A stretch of DNA of 64,000 nucleotides from Escherichia coli (GTDB lineage Bacteria; Pseudomonadota; Gammaproteobacteria; Enterobacterales; Enterobacteriaceae), in NCBI RefSeq assembly GCF_024223415.1, contig NZ_CP100500.1, one strand, 5' to 3'. Numbering within the stretch: the first letter of the stretch is position 1; every line of letters starts with the position of its first letter. Positions 31,401-41,453 of this stretch are shown here, piece after piece. The translations under genes and the position numbers were made by a program. The notes under the pieces are model-generated. The model ran no database searches and was not told the DNA's origin. It saw only the letters and a list, made by a program, of their open reading frames with translations.

Positions 31401-31601
31401 GTGATAATTATGAATAACCAAGAACTACAAAATAAAGCATTATCAATTATCATGCGCCAGCGTGAGAAAACCCGCAGGGAAATAAATAAGGCATTAACCC
31501 GCACTGAAAATCTTAAAGTTCCTGATAAGTTCGCCCTTGATCCTTTTGTCGAGAAATACCCTCGGCGCTTAAAAGCAAACAAAAACCGCCCACCTGGCTG
31601 A
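31401..31601 (+). CDS. Hypothetical protein (66 aa) downstream of the RHH gene
   Basis: Short ORF on the same strand as the RHH gene, before a plus-strand terminator. Confidence 0.3.
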   Translation: MIIMNNQELQNKALSIIMRQREKTRREINKALTRTENLKVPDKFALDPFVEKYPRRLKANKNRPPG

Positions 31602-31758
31602 CAATCCACCAGCAAGCCAGGACACTGATCACATTGGCCACCGTGACAGGTGGCCTTTTCTTTGCCCGTTATCCGGCAATTGTGGCGCTTCGCCACACGG
31701 TTGATATAATCCCACTGCTCATATTCATTTTTTGCGCAGTAGGTTAATTGTTCAGAAA

Positions 31759-31787
31759 GGCGGCTCCTTATCGGGGCCGCTTTTTTT
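31759..31787 (+). terminator. Rho-independent terminator ending the rightward RHH transcription unit
   Basis: Hairpin GGCGGCTCC-TTATC-GGGGCCGC followed by TTTTTTT. Confidence 0.45.
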
Positions 31788-31928
31788 ATGTCTGAAAAAC
31801 CGCGATTTTGTTGTTTTTCAGTTTCACAAGGCCGAACGAAGCCCCGCCCCTGTTCGGGCGTATATCCAGTCTTCATGGTTAAATCTCTGTATTAGTGGAT
31901 GGGTGGCGGCTGTGTGCCGCCAGTCTTT

Positions 31929-32117
31929 TTAGTGAACTGCCTCGCAGCTTTCCTTCCATGCCAGAACTTCGGATAAAGACCAGCCAACGGAACGACCGCC
32001 CAGCTTACGCCGTGATGGGAATTGTCCGGCCTTTTCCAGGCGGTAGCGGCATGAGCGGCTAAGCCCTGTTAGCTTTTCGCATTCTTTTTCACGTATAAAC
32101 CGATCAGTGCTTAACAC
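31929..32117 (-). CDS. alpA: AlpA-family phage regulatory protein (excisionase/activator-like)
   Basis: 62-aa ORF ...KLTGLSRSCRYRLEKAGQFPSRRKLGGRSVGWSLSEVLAWKES, the AlpA HTH signature; adjacent to int. Confidence 0.8.
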   Translation of the reverse strand: MLSTDRFIREKECEKLTGLSRSCRYRLEKAGQFPSRRKLGGRSVGWSLSEVLAWKESCEAVH

Positions 32118-32409
32118 TATTGCCCCCTTTCGTTTCTTAAAGAGTTATTTCGTGTTCTATTGCGTTGGTATGTGTCTGATTGTGTCAGGGTGATTCAGAG
32201 TTGGCAAATGTTGGTGGCGGGTATTTTACAGAAACGGGGTTATTTTAATAAAAAACATTTTAATTCAGTATTATGCAAAGGCATAAAATCTCGTTTTATG
32301 CCTTTTTTCTCACTATTTAAAGCGTTATTCGCTAATGTATAAAAAACCAGTTGAGCATTAAAAATCAGCAACTTATAAATCTGTATACTTTTTGGCCTCT
32401 TGTTCGTGG

Positions 32410-32443
32410 TTGTTTCACGTTGTTGCGTATTGTTTCACGTTGT
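32410..32443. repeat. Two direct repeats TTGTTTCACGTTGT between int and alpA
   Basis: Identical 14-mers at about 32410-32423 and 32430-32443 in the int-alpA intergenic region. Confidence 0.4.
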
Positions 32444-32491
32444 ATCTGTGCACTTATCCAGTATGCGCATACTGAAAAAACACGAAAAAAA

Positions 32492-33742
32492 TTATTTTCT
32501 TCTGGTTACTGGTAGCGTGGTTACGTTTTCATGTGCTCCCGCCAGTATCTCCAACCGCTCCACCCACATATCCAGCGCATTGCGTTTCGCATCCAGATAA
32601 CGGGAATGATTATAAACTCGCTGCATTCCTGGCATCTGGTGGCCTGTAAGCTGCTCCACGACGTGAGGATCCACGCCTAAATCGTTCAGCATCGTTGTAA
32701 AGGTGCGCCGGATGTCATGCAGTGACCAGTGAGGGTGTTTAAGCCTCCTGTGCGCTAATCTTCCATACTGCGATACGCTGGCCTCCTGTTTCACTTCCCC
32801 CAGCAATAAGCCCGTGTGCCTGTTCTGCTCCACCAGCTGCGTGACGAACGGCAGTATCGCTTCCGGTATGGGCCGGAATATGGCTACCTTCGTTTTGCTG
32901 TGCTCCTTCGGAACGGTCCATAGCATTTCGGTAAAATCCCACTCCCCGATCTCCGATAGCCTCAGTTCTACTGTCCTGGCTCCGAAGACAATCAGGAGGC
33001 GGATTAGTGCGACGTAGTAAGGGGAAAATATTTTTTTGTCCAGTGCCTGCAATAATTCGCCAAGTTCTTTGTTACTTAAGACACGCTGACTTATATCCGG
33101 TTTTTTCCCAACGTCAGCAACACTCATATCATCAAGAACGTTGCTGATTGCATAGCGCCGCTTCCGGCAGAACTTAAGCGCCTGTTTGCATGTCTGTAGC
33201 AGGAATCCGGCGGAAACAGGGGCTTGCTTTGCCACCCGATCAAAACAGGCCAGCCAGTGCCGTAGCTCGCATTTATCCAGCGGCATAGCACCAATCTGCT
33301 GTATTACGTGATTATTAAGTCGCCTTTTCAGGGCGATATAATCCACGCGGTTTTCCTTTACGTAATACTCAAGCCAGTAGGTAAGCGCATCGCCAACCGT
33401 TACAGGCTTTAACGCTTCCTGTACGGTGTAATTCATCTCATGACGTGGATTTTTCCCCTCAGCCAGCCATGCGCGGCACTGTGCGGCTTTTTCCCTGGCT
33501 GCTTTCAGGCTCAGATCAGGATAATTTCCCAGCTTAATCCGTTCCGGTCGTGCTCCCCTTCCCGTTCCGGCCCTGTAGGTGAAATACCAGGTTAAAAGGC
33601 CGCTGGTTGAATGCCTGACGGTCAGGTTTCCACCGTCATTAAGAAAGACTGTTTTTTGGGCGGGTGTGCCGTTGATTTTCCTTAGCTGTGTATCGCTCAG
33701 TTTGTTAAGTGCTCTGCGCATAATTTTGATTCCGGTCATCAC
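32492..33742 (-). CDS. int: Tyrosine recombinase/integrase (P4-like, DUF4102 N-terminus)
   Basis: 416-aa ORF; N-terminus ...LNDGGNLTVRHSTSG...WYFTYR; C-terminal catalytic region HDIRRTFTT...VYNHSRY; lies at the island edge next to attR. Confidence 0.9.
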   Translation of the reverse strand: MMTGIKIMRRALNKLSDTQLRKINGTPAQKTVFLNDGGNLTVRHSTSGLLTWYFTYRAGTGRGARPERIKLGNYPDLSLKAAREKAAQCRAWLAEGKNPRHEMNYTVQEALKPVTVGDALTYWLEYYVKENRVDYIALKRRLNNHVIQQIGAMPLDKCELRHWLACFDRVAKQAPVSAGFLLQTCKQALKFCRKRRYAISNVLDDMSVADVGKKPDISQRVLSNKELGELLQALDKKIFSPYYVALIRLLIVFGARTVELRLSEIGEWDFTEMLWTVPKEHSKTKVAIFRPIPEAILPFVTQLVEQNRHTGLLLGEVKQEASVSQYGRLAHRRLKHPHWSLHDIRRTFTTMLNDLGVDPHVVEQLTGHQMPGMQRVYNHSRYLDAKRNALDMWVERLEILAGAHENVTTLPVTRRK

Positions 33743-33767
33743 AATTAACTACACCATTAACTACACC
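33743..33767. repeat. Tandem AATTAACTACACC / ATTAACTACACC repeats, right arm (candidate arm-type sites)
   Basis: Identical to 22323-22347; located immediately upstream of the int start. Confidence 0.5.
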
Positions 33768-33889
33768 GATCGTTGCACAAAGGGCTACAACGTGAAACAA
33801 GCTGGAACAAGAAAAATCACAAATTTGTTTATAATCAAAAACATAATGCACAACCTGAAACATTATGAAACGGCAAAAAACACTAATTG

Positions 33890-33902
33890 ATAAAAGGGAT
33901 AT
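33890..33902. repeat. attR core: right copy of the 13-bp direct repeat (ATAAAAGGGATAT)
   Basis: 12 of 13 match to attL; a TAA stop and AAG replace the native ATG start of allE. Confidence 0.6.
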
Positions 33903-34679
33903 TTAAATAACGTCACCGGTTACCGCGATGATTTACTGGCTAACCGTGCGATTGTGAAACACGGTAATTTCGCACTGTTAACACCAGACGGTCTGGTAAA
34001 AAATATTATTCCGGGCTTTGAAAATTGTGACGCGACAATCCTCTCCACGCCAAAGCTGGGTGCCTCTTTTGTTGATTATCTGGTCACACTGCATCAAAAC
34101 GGTGGCAACCAACAGGGCTTCGGTGGCGAAGGCATTGAAACGTTCCTGTATGTGATCTCTGGAAATATCACTGCCAAAGCCGAAGGCAAAACATTTGCCT
34201 TAAGCGAAGGTGGCTATCTTTATTGCCCGCCAGGCTCCTTAATGACGTTTGTTAACGCCCAGGCCGAAGACAGCCAAATCTTTTTATATAAGCGCCGCTA
34301 TGTTCCGGTAGAAGGCCATGCACCGTGGCTGGTTTCTGGCAATGCCAGCGAACTGGAACGCATTCACTATGAAGGTATGGATGATGTGATCCTGCTGGAT
34401 TTTCTGCCCAAAGAGTTAGGTTTTGATATGAACATGCATATCCTCTCTTTTGCACCAGGTGCCAGCCATGGTTATATCGAAACACACGTTCAGGAACACG
34501 GTGCCTATATTCTTTCCGGTCAGGGGGTTTATAACCTCGACAATAACTGGATCCCGGTGAAAAAAGGCGATTACATCTTTATGGGCGCTTATTCTTTACA
34601 GGCTGGTTATGGCGTAGGGCGTGGTGAAGCGTTCAGCTATATTTACTCGAAAGATTGCAACCGCGACGTAGAGATTTAA
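33897..34679 (+). pseudogene. allE: Ureidoglycine aminohydrolase gene truncated at its start codon by island insertion
   Basis: Reading frame GYLNNVTGYRDDLLANRAIVKHGNFALL... resumes at 33897 with no ATG; an in-frame TAA lies 2 codons upstream; first in-frame start is GTG at 33954. Confidence 0.8.
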
Positions 34680-34721
34680 GTCATACCACTCGCCTGATTA
34701 TTTTTAGCTATGTTGGATTTT

Positions 34722-34748
34722 GCCACGGTTTATACCGTGGCTTTTTTT
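34722..34748 (+). terminator. Rho-independent terminator after allE
   Basis: Hairpin GCCACGG-TTTATA-CCGTGGC followed by TTTTTTT; a REP-like palindrome follows. Confidence 0.55.
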
Positions 34749-34906
34749 GTAACATTGCCTGATGCGCTTCGCTTATCAGGCCTACATGATCTCTGCAATA
34801 TATAGAATTTGCGCGATTTTCAGGAAGGATATAGTGCTCATGCAGCATCCGGCATGAGCACTGCGCTCTTATACGAAATAAATCGCATCCGCTTTAAAGG
34901 TAAGGG

Positions 34907-36052
34907 TCAGTTTTTAATTCCCTGACCTATTTTAATGGCGCAGGCAATATTTCGCGCGCTGTTGAAGAGATTGGTTTCACCGCTGGCGAGCACTTCGGCT
35001 AAAGGTGCCAGACGAGGCAAAATGCTGAATACCGCGTCAATGCCGTACTGGTGCACCACTTCCACGCCATCACCCAATACGCCAGCAATCCCAATCACCG
35101 GTACATTAAACTGCTTCGCCACCGACGCAACGCCCAGCGGCGCTTTACCGCCTGCCGTTTGCGAGTCAATGCGCCCTTCCCCGGTGATCACCAGTGCTGC
35201 CCCCTGCACCGCCTGCTCCAGGTTGACCGCACGCAGTACAATCTCAATACCCGGTTTAATATCCGCATTGAGAAATACCGCCGCCGCAATACCCATACCG
35301 CCCGCAGCGCCGCCGCCCGCCATCTGACAGACATTAATTTCAGTTTGCTGTTGTAAAACACGGGCGTAATTTTGCAGCCCCTGTTCCAGCTCTTCGACCA
35401 TCTCCGGCGTTGCCCCTTTTTGCGGGCCAAACACCGCCGCCGCGCCGCGTGCCCCTACCAGCGGGTTATCAACGTCACATGCTACTTCAATATGGCAGTT
35501 CGCCAGACGCGGATCGCATTCATCCATCTCAATGCTTGCCACGCGCGCTAAATTGCCGCCGTTAGCCACCAGCACCTGACCGTCGGCATCAAGGAAACGC
35601 ACACCGAGCGCCTGCGCCATGCCCATACCGCCGTCGACCGTCGCACTGCCGCCAATGCCGAGAATAATATGGCGAATGCCGTTATCCAGCGCATGACGAA
35701 TTAACTCCCCCGTACCAAAACTGGAGGCCAGCAACGGATTACGCTTTTCAGGCGCGACCAGCATCAGGCCACTTGCTGCCGCCATCTCAATCACCGCCGT
35801 TTTCCCGTCGCCGGTAAGGCCATAAAAAGCATTCACTTTTTCGCCCATCGGCCCGCAGACTTCAAGCGTCACGATGTTGCCGCCCGTCGCGGCGACCATC
35901 GCATCCACCGTCCCTTCGCCGCCATCCGCTATCGGCAAACAGATATAGTTCGCATCGGGAAAGAGGGTCGAAAACCCGGCTTTAATTGCCTGACAACATT
36001 TTTCTGCACTTAAGCTCTCTTTAAAAGAGTCTGGCGCAATGACAATCTTCAT
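34907..36052 (-). CDS. glxK: Glycerate 3-kinase
   Basis: 381-aa product from [20 protein letters not shown]... Confidence 0.9.
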   Translation of the reverse strand: MKIVIAPDSFKESLSAEKCCQAIKAGFSTLFPDANYICLPIADGGEGTVDAMVAATGGNIVTLEVCGPMGEKVNAFYGLTGDGKTAVIEMAAASGLMLVAPEKRNPLLASSFGTGELIRHALDNGIRHIILGIGGSATVDGGMGMAQALGVRFLDADGQVLVANGGNLARVASIEMDECDPRLANCHIEVACDVDNPLVGARGAAAVFGPQKGATPEMVEELEQGLQNYARVLQQQTEINVCQMAGGGAAGGMGIAAAVFLNADIKPGIEIVLRAVNLEQAVQGAALVITGEGRIDSQTAGGKAPLGVASVAKQFNVPVIGIAGVLGDGVEVVHQYGIDAVFSILPRLAPLAEVLASGETNLFNSARNIACAIKIGQGIKN

Positions 36053-36073
36053 TATCAATCCTTTTTCAACAAA

Positions 36074-37375
36074 TTATTCGATGCGTTCCCACGGAATAAG
36101 GTTATCCATAAGAACAGCCAGTAAAATCCCGACCAATAAGCCGTTACTGAGCAGAGGACGAAGCGTTAATGGAAGGTCTTGCAGATACACAGGCGGTAAT
36201 GCCATTAAAAATATGCCGACAAATAACGGCAATGCGAGTCGATAAATATTGCGAGCGGTAAACGTTATTTGCTGGCTAAACACCAGCGCGGAAAAGAGTA
36301 AAGGCAGATAAGAAACCAGCATGACCGCACTACTCACGGGTAAAGGGATACTGCAAAACAGTCGCGTGAGTGCAGGAACCAGCGCCACCAGCAGGCAAAT
36401 AACGCTGCCATAAATAAACGAACGCCGCGTGTAATCGCCAGTCTGGGTTAATAAACCAATGGATGAAACAAACGGTGAAAATGGAATTACCGCCAGCGGT
36501 ACGGTTATCAGCGTCATAAATCCGGTCGCCACAAAGCTGCGACGATAACGCGTATTCCCCGCGCCCTGCTGCGGATAAAAAACATCCGTGCCCCGAATCG
36601 CACCGTAGGTATTGCTGATATTCACCAGACCTGTAATCACCGCCGTCAGAATAATCCCCGGAGACAAAGCACCGCCACTGCCGAGCGGGAACCACTGCCA
36701 GTGCAACTCACCGGAGAGCGAATGCGAAGAAGGAAAGCAAAAGTACCACAACAACCAGCCGGTTATGGTGCCGACCAGCAGGCCATAACGGGCAAAACGT
36801 TGCGGCAGGAAAATAATCATCGCCAGTACCAGGCACATCACCGCCACCGAGAGCGCGAACGGCGGTAACTGAATTTTAAAATTCGGGTCGGCTATGCCAA
36901 ACGGCAGCCCGAGCATACCTTTGAAAAAGATAGTGGTCAGCTGCGCGCCCAGCATCAACATAAACAAGACCATCACCGACGGCGTAAATAACCGCGCCAG
37001 GCGATGACCTAATCCGCTAAAACCAATCAACATCGTCAGCACGCCGGAGAGCGCAATCCCCACTGCCAGGCTGGTGGCGATATCGTTGATCGGTGTCCCG
37101 CGCGATGCTTCGCCAAGGGTGATAGTTAGGATGGTTCCCCACCACAGGCCCCCCGGCCCTTCCATAATAGCGCGACGATGGCCACAGAACGCCTGAGCGA
37201 AGCAGGCCAGTGCGGTAGCAAGAAAAGCATATTGCGTGAGCGTAAGCAGGCTACTTTGCGGCAACTGAAAAGCAGAAAGTAGCGTAGGAGGAACCACAAC
37301 CGTGTTGCAAAAAATAAAGAAAAACCACTGAAATCCTGATAACAGGCTTTCGCGGCTGACTGCAAAATTGAACAT
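36074..37375 (-). CDS. ybbY: Nucleobase:cation symporter-like permease YbbY
   Basis: About 433-aa polytopic membrane ORF within the allantoin cluster. Confidence 0.8.
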   Translation of the reverse strand: MFNFAVSRESLLSGFQWFFFIFCNTVVVPPTLLSAFQLPQSSLLTLTQYAFLATALACFAQAFCGHRRAIMEGPGGLWWGTILTITLGEASRGTPINDIATSLAVGIALSGVLTMLIGFSGLGHRLARLFTPSVMVLFMLMLGAQLTTIFFKGMLGLPFGIADPNFKIQLPPFALSVAVMCLVLAMIIFLPQRFARYGLLVGTITGWLLWYFCFPSSHSLSGELHWQWFPLGSGGALSPGIILTAVITGLVNISNTYGAIRGTDVFYPQQGAGNTRYRRSFVATGFMTLITVPLAVIPFSPFVSSIGLLTQTGDYTRRSFIYGSVICLLVALVPALTRLFCSIPLPVSSAVMLVSYLPLLFSALVFSQQITFTARNIYRLALPLFVGIFLMALPPVYLQDLPLTLRPLLSNGLLVGILLAVLMDNLIPWERIE

Positions 37376-37431
37376 AAACACACCTTAACCGGAGAATGCC
37401 CGCCGCAAGGACGGGCATTGCAGGGGCCAGA

Positions 37432-38793
37432 TTACTGCTGATGTTTAAGGATAAATTGACCTTTCGGCGCAACAGGGAAGCCCAGTTCAATGTCGTAAAT
37501 CACATCACCACGTAAGATGGTTTTCGTGATACGCGCGCCAATGGTACGGCCAACATACGGGCTGACTTTGTGGCGATATTCCAGATCGTCATTGGTAAGA
37601 ACATAGCTGCTATTCGGCTGAATGAAGACGAAGTCGGCATCTTTTCCTGGGGCGATACGGCCTTTTTGCTGCAGACCGAAAATATCTGCTGCGTTAGTCG
37701 CCATTAATTTGCCGAACATTGGCAGAGACATTCCGCGTTTCTGTACCGCTTCATCGAACATCACGTCCATACAGTTTTGCAGACCGGCAATACCGCCCCA
37801 TGCTTCCATGATGTTGCCGGCTTTCATTTCCGGAGGGCATGGTGAGTGGTCGGAAACCAGGCAGTCGATTTCACCGTTAAACAGTTTTTCCCACATGCCT
37901 TTCTGGTTTTCCAGATCGCGGATCGGCGGTGAACACTTCGCCAGAGTGCCGATTTCTTCGAACTGATCGGTATCCAGTACAAAGTAATGCGGGCAGGATT
38001 CACAAGTAACATCCTGACCTTCCTGACGTGCACGAGTCACTTCTTCAACGCCTTCCGGGCTGCTGATATGGCAAACGTGCAGACGGCAACCGGCAACTTT
38101 CGCCAGATACAGCACGCGGCGAATCGCTTCCACTTCGGTAAATACCGGACGCGAAGCCACATAGTCATGGGCAGTTACGCGACCTTCACGTTTCGCTTCT
38201 TCGCCCAGTGCGTCACAGATCAGCGCGTTTTCGCAGTGCACCAGCACCGGCTGCCCCAGTTCGCCCAGCTTCTGCGCACCTTTGAAGAACTGCCAGTCGT
38301 TTACATCACGGAAGTCGTTGTCGATACCGCGATCGCCACAGGTCGCAACGAAGCATTTGAAGCCGACAACGCCCACTTCATCCAGCTCATGCAGACGGTC
38401 GATGTTGTAAGACACCAGGCCACCGAGTTGTGCCGCATCGATAGTCAGCTTGCCTTTAGCGGCATCGAACTTCAGTTCAATTGAAGCGCGGTCAACCGTT
38501 GCAGGCAGCTGGTTGAGCGGCATTTCGATCATGGTGGTGATACCACCTTTTGCCGCTGCGCGAGTACCGGTTTCATAACCTTCCCAGTGGCTACGACCCG
38601 GTTCAGAAATATGGGTGTGCGCATCAACCATGCCCGGCGAAACCACCAGACCAGACGCATCCATAACTTCTTTTGCATCGCCCAGATCCTGACCGATAGC
38701 AGCAATTTTGCCGCCTTTAACGGCGATATCTACAACGCGAGCTTCGTTTTCTAAAATAACGGTGCCGTTTTTAATGATTAAATCAAAAGACAT
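37432..38793 (-). CDS. allB: Allantoinase
   Basis: 453-aa [37 protein letters not shown]...; cyclic amidohydrolase with metal-binding HxH. Confidence 0.95.
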   Translation of the reverse strand: MSFDLIIKNGTVILENEARVVDIAVKGGKIAAIGQDLGDAKEVMDASGLVVSPGMVDAHTHISEPGRSHWEGYETGTRAAAKGGITTMIEMPLNQLPATVDRASIELKFDAAKGKLTIDAAQLGGLVSYNIDRLHELDEVGVVGFKCFVATCGDRGIDNDFRDVNDWQFFKGAQKLGELGQPVLVHCENALICDALGEEAKREGRVTAHDYVASRPVFTEVEAIRRVLYLAKVAGCRLHVCHISSPEGVEEVTRARQEGQDVTCESCPHYFVLDTDQFEEIGTLAKCSPPIRDLENQKGMWEKLFNGEIDCLVSDHSPCPPEMKAGNIMEAWGGIAGLQNCMDVMFDEAVQKRGMSLPMFGKLMATNAADIFGLQQKGRIAPGKDADFVFIQPNSSYVLTNDDLEYRHKVSPYVGRTIGARITKTILRGDVIYDIELGFPVAPKGQFILKHQQ

Positions 38794-38852
38794 AACAAAC
38801 TCCTTGTAAAATACAGATTGGTTTTTAACTCAATGTTCAATATCGGGATTAA

Positions 38853-40307
38853 TTAACCTATGGTTTTTTGCTCTCCTGTTTTTTCTGCTGTTGTACGTTT
38901 CTTTAATAAGGCGTAGGCCGCAAAGGCGACGATGACGCCGACAAACCATGAAACACGCGATAACGGTTCCATAAAGGGAATAAACTTACCGCCAAGAGAT
39001 AAAATAACGGCCACCAGAGTTACTGAAAACGCGGTGAGGTTAAAACCGTTATCGTAATATTTATAATCGCCAGGTGCGGTGTACAGTTCATCAAGATTAA
39101 TTTGCCCACGCATCACCACAAAATAATGCGCCATCATGACACCAATTACCGGACCCAGCATTCCGCCGATGATATCGAGGAACAGATAAATACTGTCCTG
39201 ATTTTCCATTAATTTCCACGGGCAGATCAGCAGGCTGATAATACTGGCAATCAGTACGCCGTTTTTATAGGTCAGTTTTGTCGGTGCAATGGCAGCAATC
39301 TAATAACCGGCCGGAATAATATTACCGGTGGCGTTAGTGGAAATGGTCGTCATCAGAATAACCAGTACCGCAAAGAACGAGGCAAACAGGCTGTCCCAAC
39401 GCTGAACAATATCCAGCACGTTCCAGGTGTCAGCGCCGTAGTGAATACTGGCTCCGGCAATAATACATACCCCAGCGACCGCAAACAGAATATAGGCCAC
39501 AACTAAACCCAGCGTTTGCCCCAGCGCTTGCTCACGAAACGAGTGGGCGTTTTGCGTAAAGTCGGATGCGCTCACCGCCGGTGCCGCCCAGACCGCAACT
39601 ACCGCATTAATCACTACCAGGAACAAGAATCCACTGTTTTCTGCTTTCTGAATACCGCTCGGAATGTAGTCAAAGATTGGACCGAGCCCGACCAGCGAAA
39701 TCGCCCAAATCGCCATACCGCCGAAAACGATATAGATGCACGGGTTAAGAATAGCAGTGAATTTATTTAAAACTTTGCCACCGCCAAAACCTATACCAAC
39801 GTTGACCAGCCAGAAGAGTAAGAAAGTAATTAAGCCCGGTAGAGAAAGGCCTAACAGAGTGAAATCACCACCGAGAGTCAAAAATCCCGGCCAGATTTTG
39901 CCAATCAGAATCAAGCAGGCCAGTGACCCCGCGTAACATTGCAGGCCAAACCACATAATGGCAGCAATACCGCCTCTTAATAATCCGGGAAACAGTGCGC
40001 CACGTACGCCGTAAGAAGCACGCAGGATCATGGCAAACGGTACGCCGTATTTACTGCCCGCAGCGCCGTTTAATACCATTACCGCGGCAATGAAAAAGGC
40101 GCTGAGGATAATTGCCAGCATAATACTAAAGGTAGACAAGCCGAGAATAAAAAAGCCGCCGACCATCACATAATTGGGAACGTTATGAACCGAACCCATC
40201 CATAAGGTAAAATAGTTAAATGTTTTCCAGGTCCGCTGGCTTTGCGTTTTCGGCAATAGATCTTCGCTATAGCCGCGTTGCTGGAATAGTTTTCTCTGAT
40301 GTTCCAT
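38853..40307 (-). pseudogene. ybbW: Allantoin permease gene with an in-frame TAG stop (39300-39302)
   Basis: ORFs 39300..40307 (335 aa) and 38853..39209 share one frame; the only interruption is one TAG; 335 + 1 + 30 + 118 codons equals the 484 expected for YbbW/AllW. Confidence 0.75.
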
Positions 40308-40475
40308 AAATCCCTCTTAATTTCACGTATCGAATAACGTTGTTTTAATCTAGCTATGAGGAACAAATAAAATAAAAATATTATTTTTAATACTGAAGCA
40401 ACATCTTTGGCTGCTTTCTTTTTTAATATTGCTGGCCGATTCATTTTCTGATATCGGCCATTTTTATTGCGGGTA

Positions 40476-41354
40476 TCAGGCCAGTTTATGGTTAGCCATT
40501 AATTCCAGCGCCTGCACTAACGCAGAGTGATCCAACTGGCTGCCACCGTTTGCCGCACAGGTATTAAATAGCTCCTGGCAGGTCGCAGTGTTTGGCAGGT
40601 TCAGCGCCAGTGCTTTCGCACTTTGCAGTGCCTGGTTGAGATCTTTCTGGTGCAGCGCAATTTTGAAACCTGGATTAAAGGTGCGTTTAATCATGCGCTC
40701 ACCGTGAACTTCCAGAATACGTGAGGAAGCAAAGCCGCCCATCAGCGCCTGGCGCACGCGTACCGGGTCTGCACCGGCTTTTGAAGCAAACAGCAGAGCT
40801 TCAGAGACCGCTTCAATATTGAGCGCCACAATAATCTGATTTGCCACTTTGCAGGTTTGTCCGTCGCCGTTACCGCCCACAAGGGTGATATTTTTACCGA
40901 GCAGTTCAAATAGCGGTTTAACACGTTCAAATACCGCTTCGTCACCGCCAACCATAATTGACAACGTACCTTCACGCGCGCCGATTTCGCCGCCGGAGAC
41001 TGGCGCATCGAGATAATCACCGCCCAGTTCATTCACCTGACGAGCGAAACGTTTAGTTTCAATCGGGGAAATGGAGCTCATATCAACAATGGTTTTGCCC
41101 TTCAGCGAGGCTTTGGTACAACCATTTTCACCGAACAGAACTTCTTCAACCTGTGGTGTATCCGGCACCATAATAAAAATGATGTCCGATGCTTCCGTTA
41201 CCTGGTGCGCAGTTTCAACACTGACGGCACCCAGTGACAGTAATTCATCAGCAACCGGACCAATGGTTGTGACATGCAGTTGATGACCGGCACGCGCCAG
41301 ATTAATGGCCATCGGTGTACCCATAATGCCTAAGCCAATAAATCCCAGTTTCAT
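40476..41354 (-). CDS. glxR: Tartronate semialdehyde reductase
   Basis: 292-aa ORF MKLGFIGLGIMGTPMAINL...; NAD-binding Rossmann N-terminus. Confidence 0.9.
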   Translation of the reverse strand: MKLGFIGLGIMGTPMAINLARAGHQLHVTTIGPVADELLSLGAVSVETAHQVTEASDIIFIMVPDTPQVEEVLFGENGCTKASLKGKTIVDMSSISPIETKRFARQVNELGGDYLDAPVSGGEIGAREGTLSIMVGGDEAVFERVKPLFELLGKNITLVGGNGDGQTCKVANQIIVALNIEAVSEALLFASKAGADPVRVRQALMGGFASSRILEVHGERMIKRTFNPGFKIALHQKDLNQALQSAKALALNLPNTATCQELFNTCAANGGSQLDHSALVQALELMANHKLA

Positions 41355-41453
41355 AATTAACCTCTTTTAAATTTTGCTTTTCCTGGATTCAGACAACACG
41401 ATCCCCTGCCAACTTAGCGGCCTAAAAAAGCATTGCCTGAATAGCGTTACGTT

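Larger units (their letters stand above)
22250..33889. mobile_element. Integrated phage-satellite-like island (PICI/P4-like) inserted into the 5' end of allE
   Basis: Bounded by direct repeats; encodes int, alpA, P4-family primase, SSB, iterons and lambda-like E/D/Nu1 homologs; lacks portal, TerL, tail and lysis genes; interrupts the allDCE operon. Confidence 0.85.

Noticed and set aside
30782-31876. 364-aa minus-strand ORF spanning the island's divergent regulatory region
   Set aside because: Implausible composition (W/C/R-rich, no domain) and it overlaps the well-supported plus-strand RHH gene and a terminator; only its last 65 codons, with their own SD and ATG, are kept as the Icd-like gene.
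22250-33889. Classical P4 satellite
   Set aside because: The integrase, AlpA and primase are P4-like, but I could not recognise Sid, Psu or Delta homologs, and the element instead carries E/D/Nu1-like head genes and SSB.
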